Part shown: one piece after another, positions 8,284-17,150 of the stretch
How the letters are laid out: each line of letters begins with the position of its first letter
Position numbering within the stretch: position 1 is the stretch's first letter
Assembly: GCA_040880465.1 (NCBI GenBank)
Contig: JBBDIK010000011.1
Coordinates: 103,843-167,842 of the forward strand
Length of the DNA stretch: 64,000 nucleotides
Direction: 5' to 3'
Source of the DNA: Actinomycetota bacterium
GTDB lineage: Bacteria > Actinomycetota > UBA4738 > JBBDHU01
Position numbers and translations under genes: made by a program
Notes under the pieces: generated by a model
Databases searched by the model: none
Seen by the model: only the letters and a program-made list of their open reading frames with translations
Told to the model about the DNA's origin: nothing

Positions 8284-9131
8284 TCGATGGGGTCTGCCAT
8301 GGCGGAGTCCGGCAGGCGCCGCCCTCGAACCTCCGAGATCAGGAATGCGACGGTGAACACCGCAGCTGCCGTCAGCACGATCGCCGGACCCGAGGCCCAA
8401 TCCAAGAAGTACGAAAGGTACGTCCCCACCAGGCCACAGGCAGCGCCGGTCGCGACCGAGATCCAGAGCATCCGGGAGAAGCTGTCGGTCAGAAGTCGGG
8501 CGATGACCGGTGGGATCACGAGCATCCCGGCGATCAGCGTGACGCCGACGACGTTCATGGTGGCTGCGATGGTCGCCGCCAGCACCATCGCCAAGAGGGC
8601 GTCCATCCATGCCGTCCGAACGCCGGACACCTCGGCAACCTCAGGATCGAACGCGGTGAACAAGAGCTGGCGATAGCGAAGGGCGACGACCACGACGCAG
8701 AACACCGCCACTCCGACCACGACGAGTACGTCCCCGAGGGTAACGCCGAGGACGTTCCCGAAGAGCACCGCTTCGAAGTTCTGGCGGAACGTCCCCCCTT
8801 TGGAGATGATCACCAGCCCCACCGCGAACGCGGCGATGGTCACGACGCCGATCGCTGCATCCGCACCGATCGTTCGCCGGCGGGCGATGCGCTGGATCAG
8901 CAGCGCGGCGAGCAACCCGGATACGCCGGCAGCGACGTAGAAGTTGATCGAAAGCGCGGCTCCGACGACCGCACCGCCGAAGATCGCGTGGGACAAGCCA
9001 TGTCCGATGTAGCTCATCCCGCGGAGCACCACGTAGGTCCCAACGAGACCGCAGAGTGCCCCCGCGAGCACCGCCACGATGATCGCGTTCCGGAAGAACT
9101 CGTAGGTGAACGGCTCAACCAGGGTGCTCAT
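8280..9131 (-). CDS. ABC-3 family metal (Zn/Mn) transporter permease (ZnuB/TroCD-like)
   Basis: Polytopic ABC-3 permease signature. ATG at 9131 overlaps the upstream ATPase gene by 17 nt. Confidence 0.85.
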   Translation of the reverse strand: MSTLVEPFTYEFFRNAIIVAVLAGALCGLVGTYVVLRGMSYIGHGLSHAIFGGAVVGAALSINFYVAAGVSGLLAALLIQRIARRRTIGADAAIGVVTIAAFAVGLVIISKGGTFRQNFEAVLFGNVLGVTLGDVLVVVGVAVFCVVVVALRYRQLLFTAFDPEVAEVSGVRTAWMDALLAMVLAATIAATMNVVGVTLIAGMLVIPPVIARLLTDSFSRMLWISVATGAACGLVGTYLSYFLDWASGPAIVLTAAAVFTVAFLISEVRGRRLPDSAMADPID

Positions 9132-9921
9132 GATGCTCCCGTCCGTGGGCGGCGACGCCCGTGGCGGCTTCCTCGATCTCGGGGTAGTGCTCGACGACGA
9201 CGGGCATCCCTCCGTGCTGGAGCACCTCCAGGGGTGCTCCATACGTCCGCTCCAGCACCTCCGGAGTGATGACGTCCTCGGGACGCCCGACGGCGATGAC
9301 CTCCCGGTTCAGGCAGACGAGCCGCGGCAGGTGCGCGGCGATGCCGTTCAGGTCATGGGTCGTGAGGACGATCGCCAGTCCGTCGTGATGGAGTTCGTGG
9401 ATCACGTGCATGACGTCGTGGCGGGTCCGCACGTCCACGCCACTGGTGGGCTCGTCGAGCAGCAGCAGCCGCGGCTGCCGGATCATCGCCCGAGCGATGA
9501 ACACGCGCTGCTGCTGTCCGCCGGAGAGCTCCCGGATATGCCGCCCACCGAGTCCGGCGAGTCCGAGACGCTCCAGCACCTCGTCGGCCTCTCGACGCTC
9601 GTCCCTCGTGTGCCAGGGTGTGACGCGTCCCTCGACACGGGCCATGAGGACGGCTTCGCGCACGGTCACCGGGAAGTACCAGTTCACCGTCTCGACCTGC
9701 GGCACGTACCCGATCGTCGCGCGAGGCGCTCGGGTGACCGCCCCACCCGCCGGACGGACGGCGCCGGCGACGGCCCGGAGCAGGGTCGTCTTCCCCGACC
9801 CACTCGGTCCGACGATCCCGATGAACTCCCCCTCCGGGATCGCCAGGTCGATATCCACCAGAACGGGATCGCGATCGTAGCGACAGGTCACGCCATCCAG
9901 GCGGACCAGGTCCTCAGCCAC
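9115..9921 (-). CDS. Metal ABC transporter ATP-binding protein (ZnuC-like)
   Basis: Walker A GPSGSGKTT, ABC signature LSGGQQQRV, Walker B LLLLDEP. Confidence 0.9.
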   Translation of the reverse strand: MAEDLVRLDGVTCRYDRDPVLVDIDLAIPEGEFIGIVGPSGSGKTTLLRAVAGAVRPAGGAVTRAPRATIGYVPQVETVNWYFPVTVREAVLMARVEGRVTPWHTRDERREADEVLERLGLAGLGGRHIRELSGGQQQRVFIARAMIRQPRLLLLDEPTSGVDVRTRHDVMHVIHELHHDGLAIVLTTHDLNGIAAHLPRLVCLNREVIAVGRPEDVITPEVLERTYGAPLEVLQHGGMPVVVEHYPEIEEAATGVAAHGREHHEHPG

Positions 9922-9933
9922 TGCACCCTCCGC

Positions 9934-10944
9934 TCATGATCGGTAGACCGCGTCCTCGGTCTCAACGACGTTCGACGGATCGATCCTTTCGAACGCTGAT
10001 GCGTCACCACCCAGCGCCTCCATGAAGGTGCTGTAGTCGAACAGGAGGAGGCCAGCCAAGCTGTGCTCGGGTGCACCTGCCTCGCCAGGGAGGTCGTCGT
10101 CCCGAAGGTCATCGACGTACCTGGCCCCCGTCTCATCGGCGATCTGCTCCAGGACCGGACTAGGGAACACCTCGGACCCGAAGATGGCCGGAACCCCGGT
10201 CGACCGCACCTGGTCGATGAGTTCCGCGACCTCTTGAGCCGTGGGTTCCGCGAGATCGGCCGGTTGGACGGCACCGATGATCTCCCAGCCGTACTCGCGC
10301 GCGAAGTACGGGAACGAATCGTGATAGGTCAGCAGCTTGCGGTACTCGGGTGGCACGGTCTCGGTGACCTCACGAACGGCGACATCGATCTCGTCGAGCT
10401 GACCGACCAGCGCTCCGTAGTTCGCGGCGAAGTCCGCCTCCTTCGCCGGGTCCAGCCGGGAAAGCTCGTCCTTGATGATCTCGGCGTACCGCTTTGCATA
10501 GGCGGGATTCGTCCATAGGTGGGGGTTCGGCGCTCCCCCTGCCTCCGGGAAGCTGAAATCGTAGATGTACTCGTCCGGGGTGATGGTTCTGCTGCCGAGT
10601 TCGACCAGCGGCACGTCATCCCGAAGGTTCGCGCGGGCAAGTTCCATCGTCGGTTCCTCGAGATGGAGCCCATTGACGAACATGACGTCCGCATCCTCGA
10701 TCACCGCTGCGTCCGAGGGTGCCGGCTCGAACGTGTGACTGTTCGTTCCCTCGGGAACGAGACCCGTAACGATGACATCGCTCCCGCCAACGTTCTGTAC
10801 GAGGTTCGTGATCGGCGAGACCGTGGTTACGACGTGGATCCGCCCATCTTCCGGCGGCACGCCACCATCCTTACCCCCCGGCGAAGCACAGGCAGCGGCG
10901 AGCACTGTGCACAGCACGAGACTCGAGATCGGGACCTTGGGCAT
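9934..10944 (-). CDS. Metal ABC transporter substrate-binding lipoprotein (ZnuA/TroA-like)
   Basis: Lipobox LAAAC after the signal peptide, TroA-like fold with a His-rich region. ATG at 10944 with GGAGG RBS. Confidence 0.8.
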   Translation of the reverse strand: MPKVPISSLVLCTVLAAACASPGGKDGGVPPEDGRIHVVTTVSPITNLVQNVGGSDVIVTGLVPEGTNSHTFEPAPSDAAVIEDADVMFVNGLHLEEPTMELARANLRDDVPLVELGSRTITPDEYIYDFSFPEAGGAPNPHLWTNPAYAKRYAEIIKDELSRLDPAKEADFAANYGALVGQLDEIDVAVREVTETVPPEYRKLLTYHDSFPYFAREYGWEIIGAVQPADLAEPTAQEVAELIDQVRSTGVPAIFGSEVFPSPVLEQIADETGARYVDDLRDDDLPGEAGAPEHSLAGLLLFDYSTFMEALGGDASAFERIDPSNVVETEDAVYRS

Positions 10945-11009
10945 CGGTTCGGACCTCCGTCGGATAGGCGCGCAACCGATCGGCACGCCAACCCTCATCC
11001 TACCGCCTA

Positions 11010-11027
11010 GTTGCAATCTATTGCAAC
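11010..11027 (-). promoter_or_regulatory. Candidate Zur/Fur box GTTGCAA-TCTA-TTGCAAC in the promoter of the metal ABC operon
   Basis: AT-rich palindrome in a GC-rich background, about 65 bp upstream of the SBP start codon. Same TTGCAA-N4-TTGCAA architecture as 7818-7833. Confidence 0.45.
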
Positions 11028-11049
11028 TGAGGTCCTTAGCAAGAAGGGG

Positions 11050-11982
11050 TCAGGCAGAGTGGCCCAGCAGGATGCCGGCGGCACCGTAGGGGTCGATCCG
11101 GCGCGCCTTCAGGTCGGCGACGAGGCTCTCGTTCTGCTCCAGGAGCGCCGTGACGCGTTCCTTCATGCGCTGCGACACCATCTCCTCGACCTCGGCCAGC
11201 AAGCGGCCCGCCCGGCGTTCGCCCAGGAGCCCGCCGTCATCGAGGTACGTGAGATGGTTCGCGATGGCGTTCCACAGGTCCTCGATCCCCTCCCCCGACA
11301 CCGTGGAGGTGGCCACGACCGGCGGACGCCAGTCGGGCTCAGGACCCATATCGATCATCGTCTCCAGATCACTGACGGCCTTCTGCACGCCGTCCCGGTC
11401 GGCCTTGTTCACGACGAAGATGTCGGCGATCTCCAGGATCCCGGCTTTGGCCGCCTGGATCGAGTCGCCCATCCCCGGCTGCACGACGACGAGCGTCGTG
11501 TCCGCCGCGGTCGCGATGTCGACCTCGACCTGCCCGACCCCGACCGTTTCCACGACGACCAGGTCCTTGCCCGAGGCGTCGAGGATGCGCACCGCCTCGG
11601 GAGCGGCGAGCGACATCCCACCGAGGTGCCCCCGCGTCGCCATCGAACGGATGAACACGCCGGGATCCGTCGCGTGGGTCTGCATACGCAGGCGATCTCC
11701 CAGCAGGGCGCCGCCGGTGAAGGGGGACGTCGGGTCGATCGCCAGGACGGCGACGGTACGGTCGTGTTCGCGAGCGGTTCGCACGAGGTGCTCGGCCAAG
11801 CTGGACTTCCCAACCCCCGGCGCGCCGGTCAAGCCCACCGTGTGCGCGTTCCCGGTGTGCGGGAACAGGCCCGCGGAAAGTTCGGAGAGCTCGTCGGAAC
11901 CATCCTCGACCATCGAGATGGCGCGCGCGACAGCGCGCCGGTCGCCGGCCAGGACCTGCTCGGTGAGTTCCGGGGTGGACAT
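11050..11982 (-). CDS. meaB: MeaB/ArgK-type G3E-family GTPase (methylmalonyl-CoA mutase-associated chaperone-like)
   Basis: Walker A GAPGVGKSS, the NKAD specificity motif, and a C-terminal dimerisation helix. ATG at 11982. Confidence 0.85.
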   Translation of the reverse strand: MSTPELTEQVLAGDRRAVARAISMVEDGSDELSELSAGLFPHTGNAHTVGLTGAPGVGKSSLAEHLVRTAREHDRTVAVLAIDPTSPFTGGALLGDRLRMQTHATDPGVFIRSMATRGHLGGMSLAAPEAVRILDASGKDLVVVETVGVGQVEVDIATAADTTLVVVQPGMGDSIQAAKAGILEIADIFVVNKADRDGVQKAVSDLETMIDMGPEPDWRPPVVATSTVSGEGIEDLWNAIANHLTYLDDGGLLGERRAGRLLAEVEEMVSQRMKERVTALLEQNESLVADLKARRIDPYGAAGILLGHSA

Positions 11983-12019
11983 GGCCGACAGCGTATCTGA
12001 GCGAACCCGGGAAACGCCC

Positions 12020-13321
12020 CTAGGCCGCAGGCGGGGCGGCCGGCGTCGAAGCCAGCTCAACGACCCTCAGCGGCCGCCCAAGCCACGCTCGACCCCCGCC
12101 GAGCATCGCGAACGTCACCACGAGACCGATCGAGTTCACCACCGTGAGCGGCCACAAGGCGTACTGCTGACCGAGGACGGCAACCCCCAACCCACACATC
12201 GCTCCGGAGAGGAAGCCCCAGACCGGGTGACCACGCAGCCAGACGTGCCGATCTTGCCTGGCGGCGGAAGGGATCGCCGCGGCTCCGCCGCCGGCACCGG
12301 CGTAGATCCCGATCCCGCCGAAGATGAACGCGCCGAGGATGGCGAGCAGGAGGCATCCCCCGTCTCCCATCCCACGCGTGATTGGGTCGGGCTTCAGCTT
12401 CCCGTGAGCCCAGTTGTCGAGGATGCCCATCCTTCCGGGTATGGGCACTTCACCGGGCGCCTGGTTGGCCGAAGCGAACTGCTCCTCCTCGGGCTGTGTC
12501 ACAGTTTGGGCTTCCTCGAACGACGGCCCCTTCGCCTTGGGCTTGCGGATACCGGTCGAAAGAACCACGCCCCCCGCGCCGATCAGCGTCGCCGCCGCAG
12601 CCGCCTGACCCGCGATACCGGCAAGTGGGTTCCCGTCGAGCTTGATGTAGCCATCGGCCTTACATGACCAGCCCGAGCCCGATGCGGTCGCATCCACGCG
12701 GTACAGGCCCGTCCCGTACCGGAGGTACTTATCCACGCTGACCGAGCCACTCCATCCGCTCTGATCCCCACGGTTCAACTCTTGGGTGACCCCACCGATG
12801 GGGTCGATGAGGTGGATGGTGACGAAAGCGGTCCCCCCAGATGGCGCGATCCCCGTTCCCGTCGGTGCGAGGGCCTCCACGGCGACGGAACCCCCCTTCT
12901 GGACGACCAAGGGCTGGGTGCTGGTCATCTGTTCGGGGGCCATGCCGTTCACCGAGACCACGCAACCCCCGACCGTGGATTGCGCAGCTGCGAAGGGGGC
13001 GGTCAGTAGCAGGAACAGCCCCGCTAGCATCGATGTGGCAGCGAGGGTCCTCCACGAGTTCGGCCGCAGGCCGCGTCCAGGGGCGACCGGGTCGCCGATC
13101 CGATGACCCGGCGCGAACCTCCGGGCGAGCGGGTTGCAGCGGAGGAGCCGCCATGCGGTCATGCCCGCTGCCGACAGGAACGAGCGCGTGCGGAACGCCT
13201 CGATCGCGAAGCCGGAACATCCCGGCTCGAATCGACAGGTGCCAGAGAACCGGCCGGCCGCAGCATTCCGGTAGCGCTCGACCGCTCGGATCGCTGCTCG
13301 ATTCATCCGGCCGGGCCGCAC
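12020..13321 (-). CDS. Fusion protein: N-terminal YidD domain (membrane protein insertion efficiency factor) plus a ~350-aa C-terminal membrane and extracytoplasmic region
   Basis: YidD signature CRFEPGCSGFAIEA...RLLRCNP in the first 60 aa. Several predicted TM segments follow. GTG at 13321 with GGAAGGAGG RBS; an alternative ATG lies at 13306. Confidence 0.6.
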   Translation of the reverse strand: MRPGRMNRAAIRAVERYRNAAAGRFSGTCRFEPGCSGFAIEAFRTRSFLSAAGMTAWRLLRCNPLARRFAPGHRIGDPVAPGRGLRPNSWRTLAATSMLAGLFLLLTAPFAAAQSTVGGCVVSVNGMAPEQMTSTQPLVVQKGGSVAVEALAPTGTGIAPSGGTAFVTIHLIDPIGGVTQELNRGDQSGWSGSVSVDKYLRYGTGLYRVDATASGSGWSCKADGYIKLDGNPLAGIAGQAAAAATLIGAGGVVLSTGIRKPKAKGPSFEEAQTVTQPEEEQFASANQAPGEVPIPGRMGILDNWAHGKLKPDPITRGMGDGGCLLLAILGAFIFGGIGIYAGAGGGAAAIPSAARQDRHVWLRGHPVWGFLSGAMCGLGVAVLGQQYALWPLTVVNSIGLVVTFAMLGGGRAWLGRPLRVVELASTPAAPPAA

Positions 13322-13385
13322 GGGTCCTCCTTCCATCGACGAGGAGCCCCATCATGGCAAGGGCGGGCGCGAGCCGCAAGGACTT

Positions 13386-14168
13386 GTGCCGCAAGCGGAC
13401 TCGCTTCATTATTGGTGGAACCTCGGAGCATGGGAGCACGCGGTGAAGAACTTCCGCATCGCGGCGGGCGGTATCAGCGCCATCGTCGCCATCGTCGTCC
13501 TGATCGCCCTCCTGACCGGCGATGACGCGTCGCTCGGCGGCGGCGAGGCTCCGCCGCCGGAGCCACCACCACCGGAAACCACCGCACCGGCGACGGAGGC
13601 GCCCGTTCCGACCGATACGCCGACGACGGACTCCACCGGAACGCCGCCGACCTCCACCGAGACACCGGATCCGTTCGCCACACCGACCCCGATCGTCGGC
13701 GTCCCCGTCACGATCAGCCGAGCCGTCGCCTCCGGCTCGGCGCCCAACGTCACGGGCGCCGGTGGAGAGACCATCACCTATGGCCCCGAGTTGGCGATCG
13801 ACGGTCGGAACGACACGGCGTGGTGCGTTCCTGGCCCGGGTCTCGGCGAGTTCATCACCGTGAAGTTCAACCAGCCCGTTTCCGTCACCCGGATCGAGAT
13901 CCTTCCGGGGTACGACAAGATCGACGGCTACACCGGCCAGGACCGCTTCGAGGAGAACCGCAAGATCACGGACGTGACCTACGGGCTGCGCGGCGCGGTC
14001 TACGGTGATCACTTCAGCGGGAACCTGCGGCGTCTGAATCCGCTCAACCTCCCGGAGGCCACCTCGACGAAGTTCATCAAGATCGAGCCGCAGGCGACGA
14101 CCGAACCAACACGGCCGAGTGGCGACTACACCTGCATCTCCGAGATCGCCGTCGAGGGGGCGGGCTGA
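13386..14168 (+). CDS. Membrane-anchored secreted protein with a Pro/Thr-rich linker and a discoidin (F5/8 type C, galactose-binding-like) domain
   Basis: N-terminal TM anchor, PT-rich linker, then the pattern AIDGRNDTAWCVPG...EFITVKFNQPVSVTRIEIL typical of discoidin domains. An alternative GTG start lies at 13443. Confidence 0.55.
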   Translation: MPQADSLHYWWNLGAWEHAVKNFRIAAGGISAIVAIVVLIALLTGDDASLGGGEAPPPEPPPPETTAPATEAPVPTDTPTTDSTGTPPTSTETPDPFATPTPIVGVPVTISRAVASGSAPNVTGAGGETITYGPELAIDGRNDTAWCVPGPGLGEFITVKFNQPVSVTRIEILPGYDKIDGYTGQDRFEENRKITDVTYGLRGAVYGDHFSGNLRRLNPLNLPEATSTKFIKIEPQATTEPTRPSGDYTCISEIAVEGAG

Positions 14169-14872
14169 TGTTCTGTCCGAGCTGCGGATCGCACGCACGG
14201 GACACCGATACCTTCTGCCGGACCTGCGGAACGCGGGTCCGGGACGACGCCGTTCCCGCCTCGCCACCAGCCGTGACACCACCGACCCAGCCGGTGGCCC
14301 AGCCGGTGGCACCGCCCGCCGCGACACCGATCGCCTCGCAACCCGCCGCGACACCCGCGGCGCAACAACCGCCTCTTGCCCAGCCCGCCGCGGCCGCACC
14401 GGTGACGGCCGAGATCCAACCCGTGGCACCCGCTGCTCCGGCCGGCGGCCTGCTCCAGCCGTGGCAGGCCTACGCGGGAGCCATGGCGTGCGGCGTGACG
14501 GCGGCCAGCACCGCTCTCTCCTGGGTCGGCATCCCGGGACTGGGCAGCATCGACGGATTCGGCGTCCCCCTCGCCGCCCTCTTTACATCCGGGGCAACAC
14601 CGGGAGGGATCGGCTTCGGCGTCCTCGTCCTCCTGCTCGCCGGGTTCGGACTGGTCGGATGCCTCCTGGCGCCCACGATGCGGATCGTGTCCGCCGGACT
14701 CCTCCTCGCCGGAGCGACGTGCACCGCACTGATGGCGTTCTTCCTCGTCCGGGTCACCATGCTCCTGGAGGGCGTCTCGTTCTTCGACATCATGGGGGTC
14801 GGGGTGTACCTCGCGACGATCGGTGCGATCGCGACGCTCGTGATCGGGATCCTGCTCCGACGGACCACCTGA
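14168..14872 (+). CDS. Zinc-ribbon domain membrane protein
   Basis: N-terminal CPSC...CRTC zinc ribbon, a Pro/Ala-rich linker, and 4 C-terminal TM helices. The ATG overlaps the upstream stop (TGATG). Confidence 0.55.
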   Translation: MFCPSCGSHARDTDTFCRTCGTRVRDDAVPASPPAVTPPTQPVAQPVAPPAATPIASQPAATPAAQQPPLAQPAAAAPVTAEIQPVAPAAPAGGLLQPWQAYAGAMACGVTAASTALSWVGIPGLGSIDGFGVPLAALFTSGATPGGIGFGVLVLLLAGFGLVGCLLAPTMRIVSAGLLLAGATCTALMAFFLVRVTMLLEGVSFFDIMGVGVYLATIGAIATLVIGILLRRTT

Positions 14873-14893
14873 TCCCGCGACCAGGCCAGCTCG

Positions 14894-16111
14894 CTACCCA
14901 GACCGGGTGGCGGGCGCCGCACCGGGCATCGCCAACAGCGCGTCCCGGAGCGAACGACAGTACGCGCGCTGGCGTTCCATCGCCGGATCGTTGGGTGAGG
15001 CGACCCGCGTCCTGACCATCGCTAGGTTGATCTGCGATCGCTGTAAACGCTTCAGCAGCGCCGCGGCCTTCGGTCCGGCCCGGGCCCGCATCTCGCGTCG
15101 CGCGCGCCGCCGCCGGCGGGGATCCTTCAGGACCTCGTATTCTTCTTCTGTCAGCGCCTGGCCGTCGTGGTCGACCTCGTTCCCTACGACCGCATCGAGC
15201 CATCGCCGTTCCCGGCGACGCGCGAGGTACACCAGCATCGCGACGAAACCGAGGAACGGGATCCCTTTCACCGCCGCCGCGAACGGGACCACCAACCAGT
15301 CCGCCCCCGACCAGGGTTCCGCCGGGAAGAAGTCCAGGAGGGGCGAGTTCCAGAGGAAGTGCGCGAACACCGCCGCCGCGAAGAGACCGAGGAGTACAAG
15401 CCATCGACGCGCGAGCGTCGCCTGCCCCCGCCGTGAGACGAAGTAGGCGACCCCGATCCCCGTGACCCCGGTGTACAGAACGTGGCCGTAGAGCCCGCTT
15501 GCGACGACCCGGACGAAGAACCCGGTGAACACCCCCTCCGGCTGGCCCCCGAAGATCGCCATGAAGTAGAAGACGTCCTCGACGATCGCGAACCCGAGCC
15601 CTACCATCGCGCCGTAGACGAACCCGTCCATGATGTCGTCCATCTCGCCCCGGGCGATGAGATAGATGAGCACGATCCCGAGGACCTTAAGCGTCTCCTC
15701 GACGACCGGCGCCGTAAGCGCCGCCGTCCATTCTGAAGCGACATCGGGTCCTAGGATGCGTGCGACGACTAGGGCCCATCCTTGGTTCGCGACACCCGCG
15801 AAGGCCGTCGCGGCGATCGCACCCCAAAGGAACGCCGCGACCACCAGCGACATCGGTTCACGTTCGAAGAGATCGAGAACGTAGACGAGCAGGAACACCG
15901 GCGCGGCGTAGAGGAGGACCAGCGCCCACGCGAGGAGCCATCCGGGCGGCGAGATCTCTCGGAACACGACCTGCTCGGAGAACGTGATGAACAGACCGAG
16001 GGCCATGATCGCGAGGTAGAGCCACAAGGCCGGCTGCCGCCACTGGAACAGGGTCGTCGTCGTTCCCCAATGGAGGCGGCGGATGTCGAGCGGATCGCGC
16101 GAACCCTTCAC
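14894..16111 (-). CDS. PrsW-family intramembrane metalloprotease
   Basis: Polytopic membrane protein with the EETLK (EExxK) motif and the conserved His region (LYGHVLYTG). GTG start overlaps the upstream stop (GTGA). Confidence 0.7.
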   Translation of the reverse strand: MKGSRDPLDIRRLHWGTTTTLFQWRQPALWLYLAIMALGLFITFSEQVVFREISPPGWLLAWALVLLYAAPVFLLVYVLDLFEREPMSLVVAAFLWGAIAATAFAGVANQGWALVVARILGPDVASEWTAALTAPVVEETLKVLGIVLIYLIARGEMDDIMDGFVYGAMVGLGFAIVEDVFYFMAIFGGQPEGVFTGFFVRVVASGLYGHVLYTGVTGIGVAYFVSRRGQATLARRWLVLLGLFAAAVFAHFLWNSPLLDFFPAEPWSGADWLVVPFAAAVKGIPFLGFVAMLVYLARRRERRWLDAVVGNEVDHDGQALTEEEYEVLKDPRRRRRARREMRARAGPKAAALLKRLQRSQINLAMVRTRVASPNDPAMERQRAYCRSLRDALLAMPGAAPATRSG

Positions 16112-16740
16112 ACGATCTCCGATCCCGCGACCATCTGCCGGATATCTCGAAGGGCGTACCCGAACAGACCCTCCGGACCCCAGCCATCGAAGATCACACC
16201 GGTTCCGTTCGGGCTCACGACGGCGGTGAGTTCGCCCTCGATCCGGGTCGGGACGTTCGTGAACATGCCGTCGTACCGGACGCGCGCGGCGCTCGCACCC
16301 GAAGGGAGCGTCCGAGTCTGGATGTCCTCCGAGACCCGGAGCTGCTCGGAAGCCGTTTCAAGGACGTTGCTGACGTAGCGCTTGAGCAGATCCGTCGGGT
16401 CACGTGCGGGGATCGGCGCGAGCACGTCCAAGGTCCCGGTTCCGCGAGAGATGCGTTCCGCGGGAACGCCCGTAACGGGGCTCGGCTCGAGCGGCGTCGC
16501 CGTCCAGCCCGAGAGCGGCGCAACCGCGACCGACGATCCGACGACGACCGCGGGCCCCGCCGGCACGGACAGGACGCCGGCAAGGAAGTACCCGCCGAAC
16601 ACGACCGCGACGAGAACGAGGAACACGACCAGTGGCGGGAGCCACCGGCGCTCGCGGTGAGCCGCCACCACCGGAGTGGACGGCGGACTCGGGGGCGTCG
16701 GCGGGGTCGGTGGGGTGGGGACGGTCGGCGCGGCCTCCAT
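16108..16740 (-). CDS. Single-pass membrane protein with a Pro-rich N-terminus and a ~150-aa extracytoplasmic domain
   Basis: ATG at 16740 overlaps the upstream stop (TGATG). (TPP)n tract, one TM helix. Translationally coupled to PrsW. Confidence 0.5.
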   Translation of the reverse strand: MEAAPTVPTPPTPPTPPSPPSTPVVAAHRERRWLPPLVVFLVLVAVVFGGYFLAGVLSVPAGPAVVVGSSVAVAPLSGWTATPLEPSPVTGVPAERISRGTGTLDVLAPIPARDPTDLLKRYVSNVLETASEQLRVSEDIQTRTLPSGASAARVRYDGMFTNVPTRIEGELTAVVSPNGTGVIFDGWGPEGLFGYALRDIRQMVAGSEIV

Positions 16741-17150
16741 CAGTCCACCGACAGTAGCCGGTTCAGTCGGGCCACTTTGGCCGGGTGGCCCACGAGTCCT
16801 TTGACCCGAAGCCGCCGGGAACGCAGTTTCTTCAGGATCACGCGGCCGTCTCGGTGGAAGGCACTCGGGAACCCGAAGAGCAAGGGAACCGAGGACAGCT
16901 CGAGCAGCGTGCCGGCATCGGTCCGGACACGTACCTCTGCACTCGGATGCGCGCCGTTGGTGAGGACCGCGTCGCCGTGCCCGAGGCGCAGGGTGGCGGC
17001 GAGCCCGATGTCGTGGGCGGCGATCGCGTAGGAGGCGGGGCGGGCGAGGTACCGGCTCCGCGCGGGTTCGCGCTCGAGATTGGCGCGGATCAGGTCGCCA
17101 AGGATCGACACGAGTCCGTTCGGCTCGGCGTCGGGGAGGGACACGCTCAC
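16740..17150 (-). CDS. SCP2 (sterol carrier protein-2)-like domain protein
   Basis: C-terminal pattern GRVILKKLRSRRLRVKGLVGHPAKVARLNRLL resembles the SCP2 motif. GTG start overlaps the ADH stop (GTGA). Confidence 0.45.
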   Translation of the reverse strand: MSVSLPDAEPNGLVSILGDLIRANLEREPARSRYLARPASYAIAAHDIGLAATLRLGHGDAVLTNGAHPSAEVRVRTDAGTLLELSSVPLLFGFPSAFHRDGRVILKKLRSRRLRVKGLVGHPAKVARLNRLLSVD

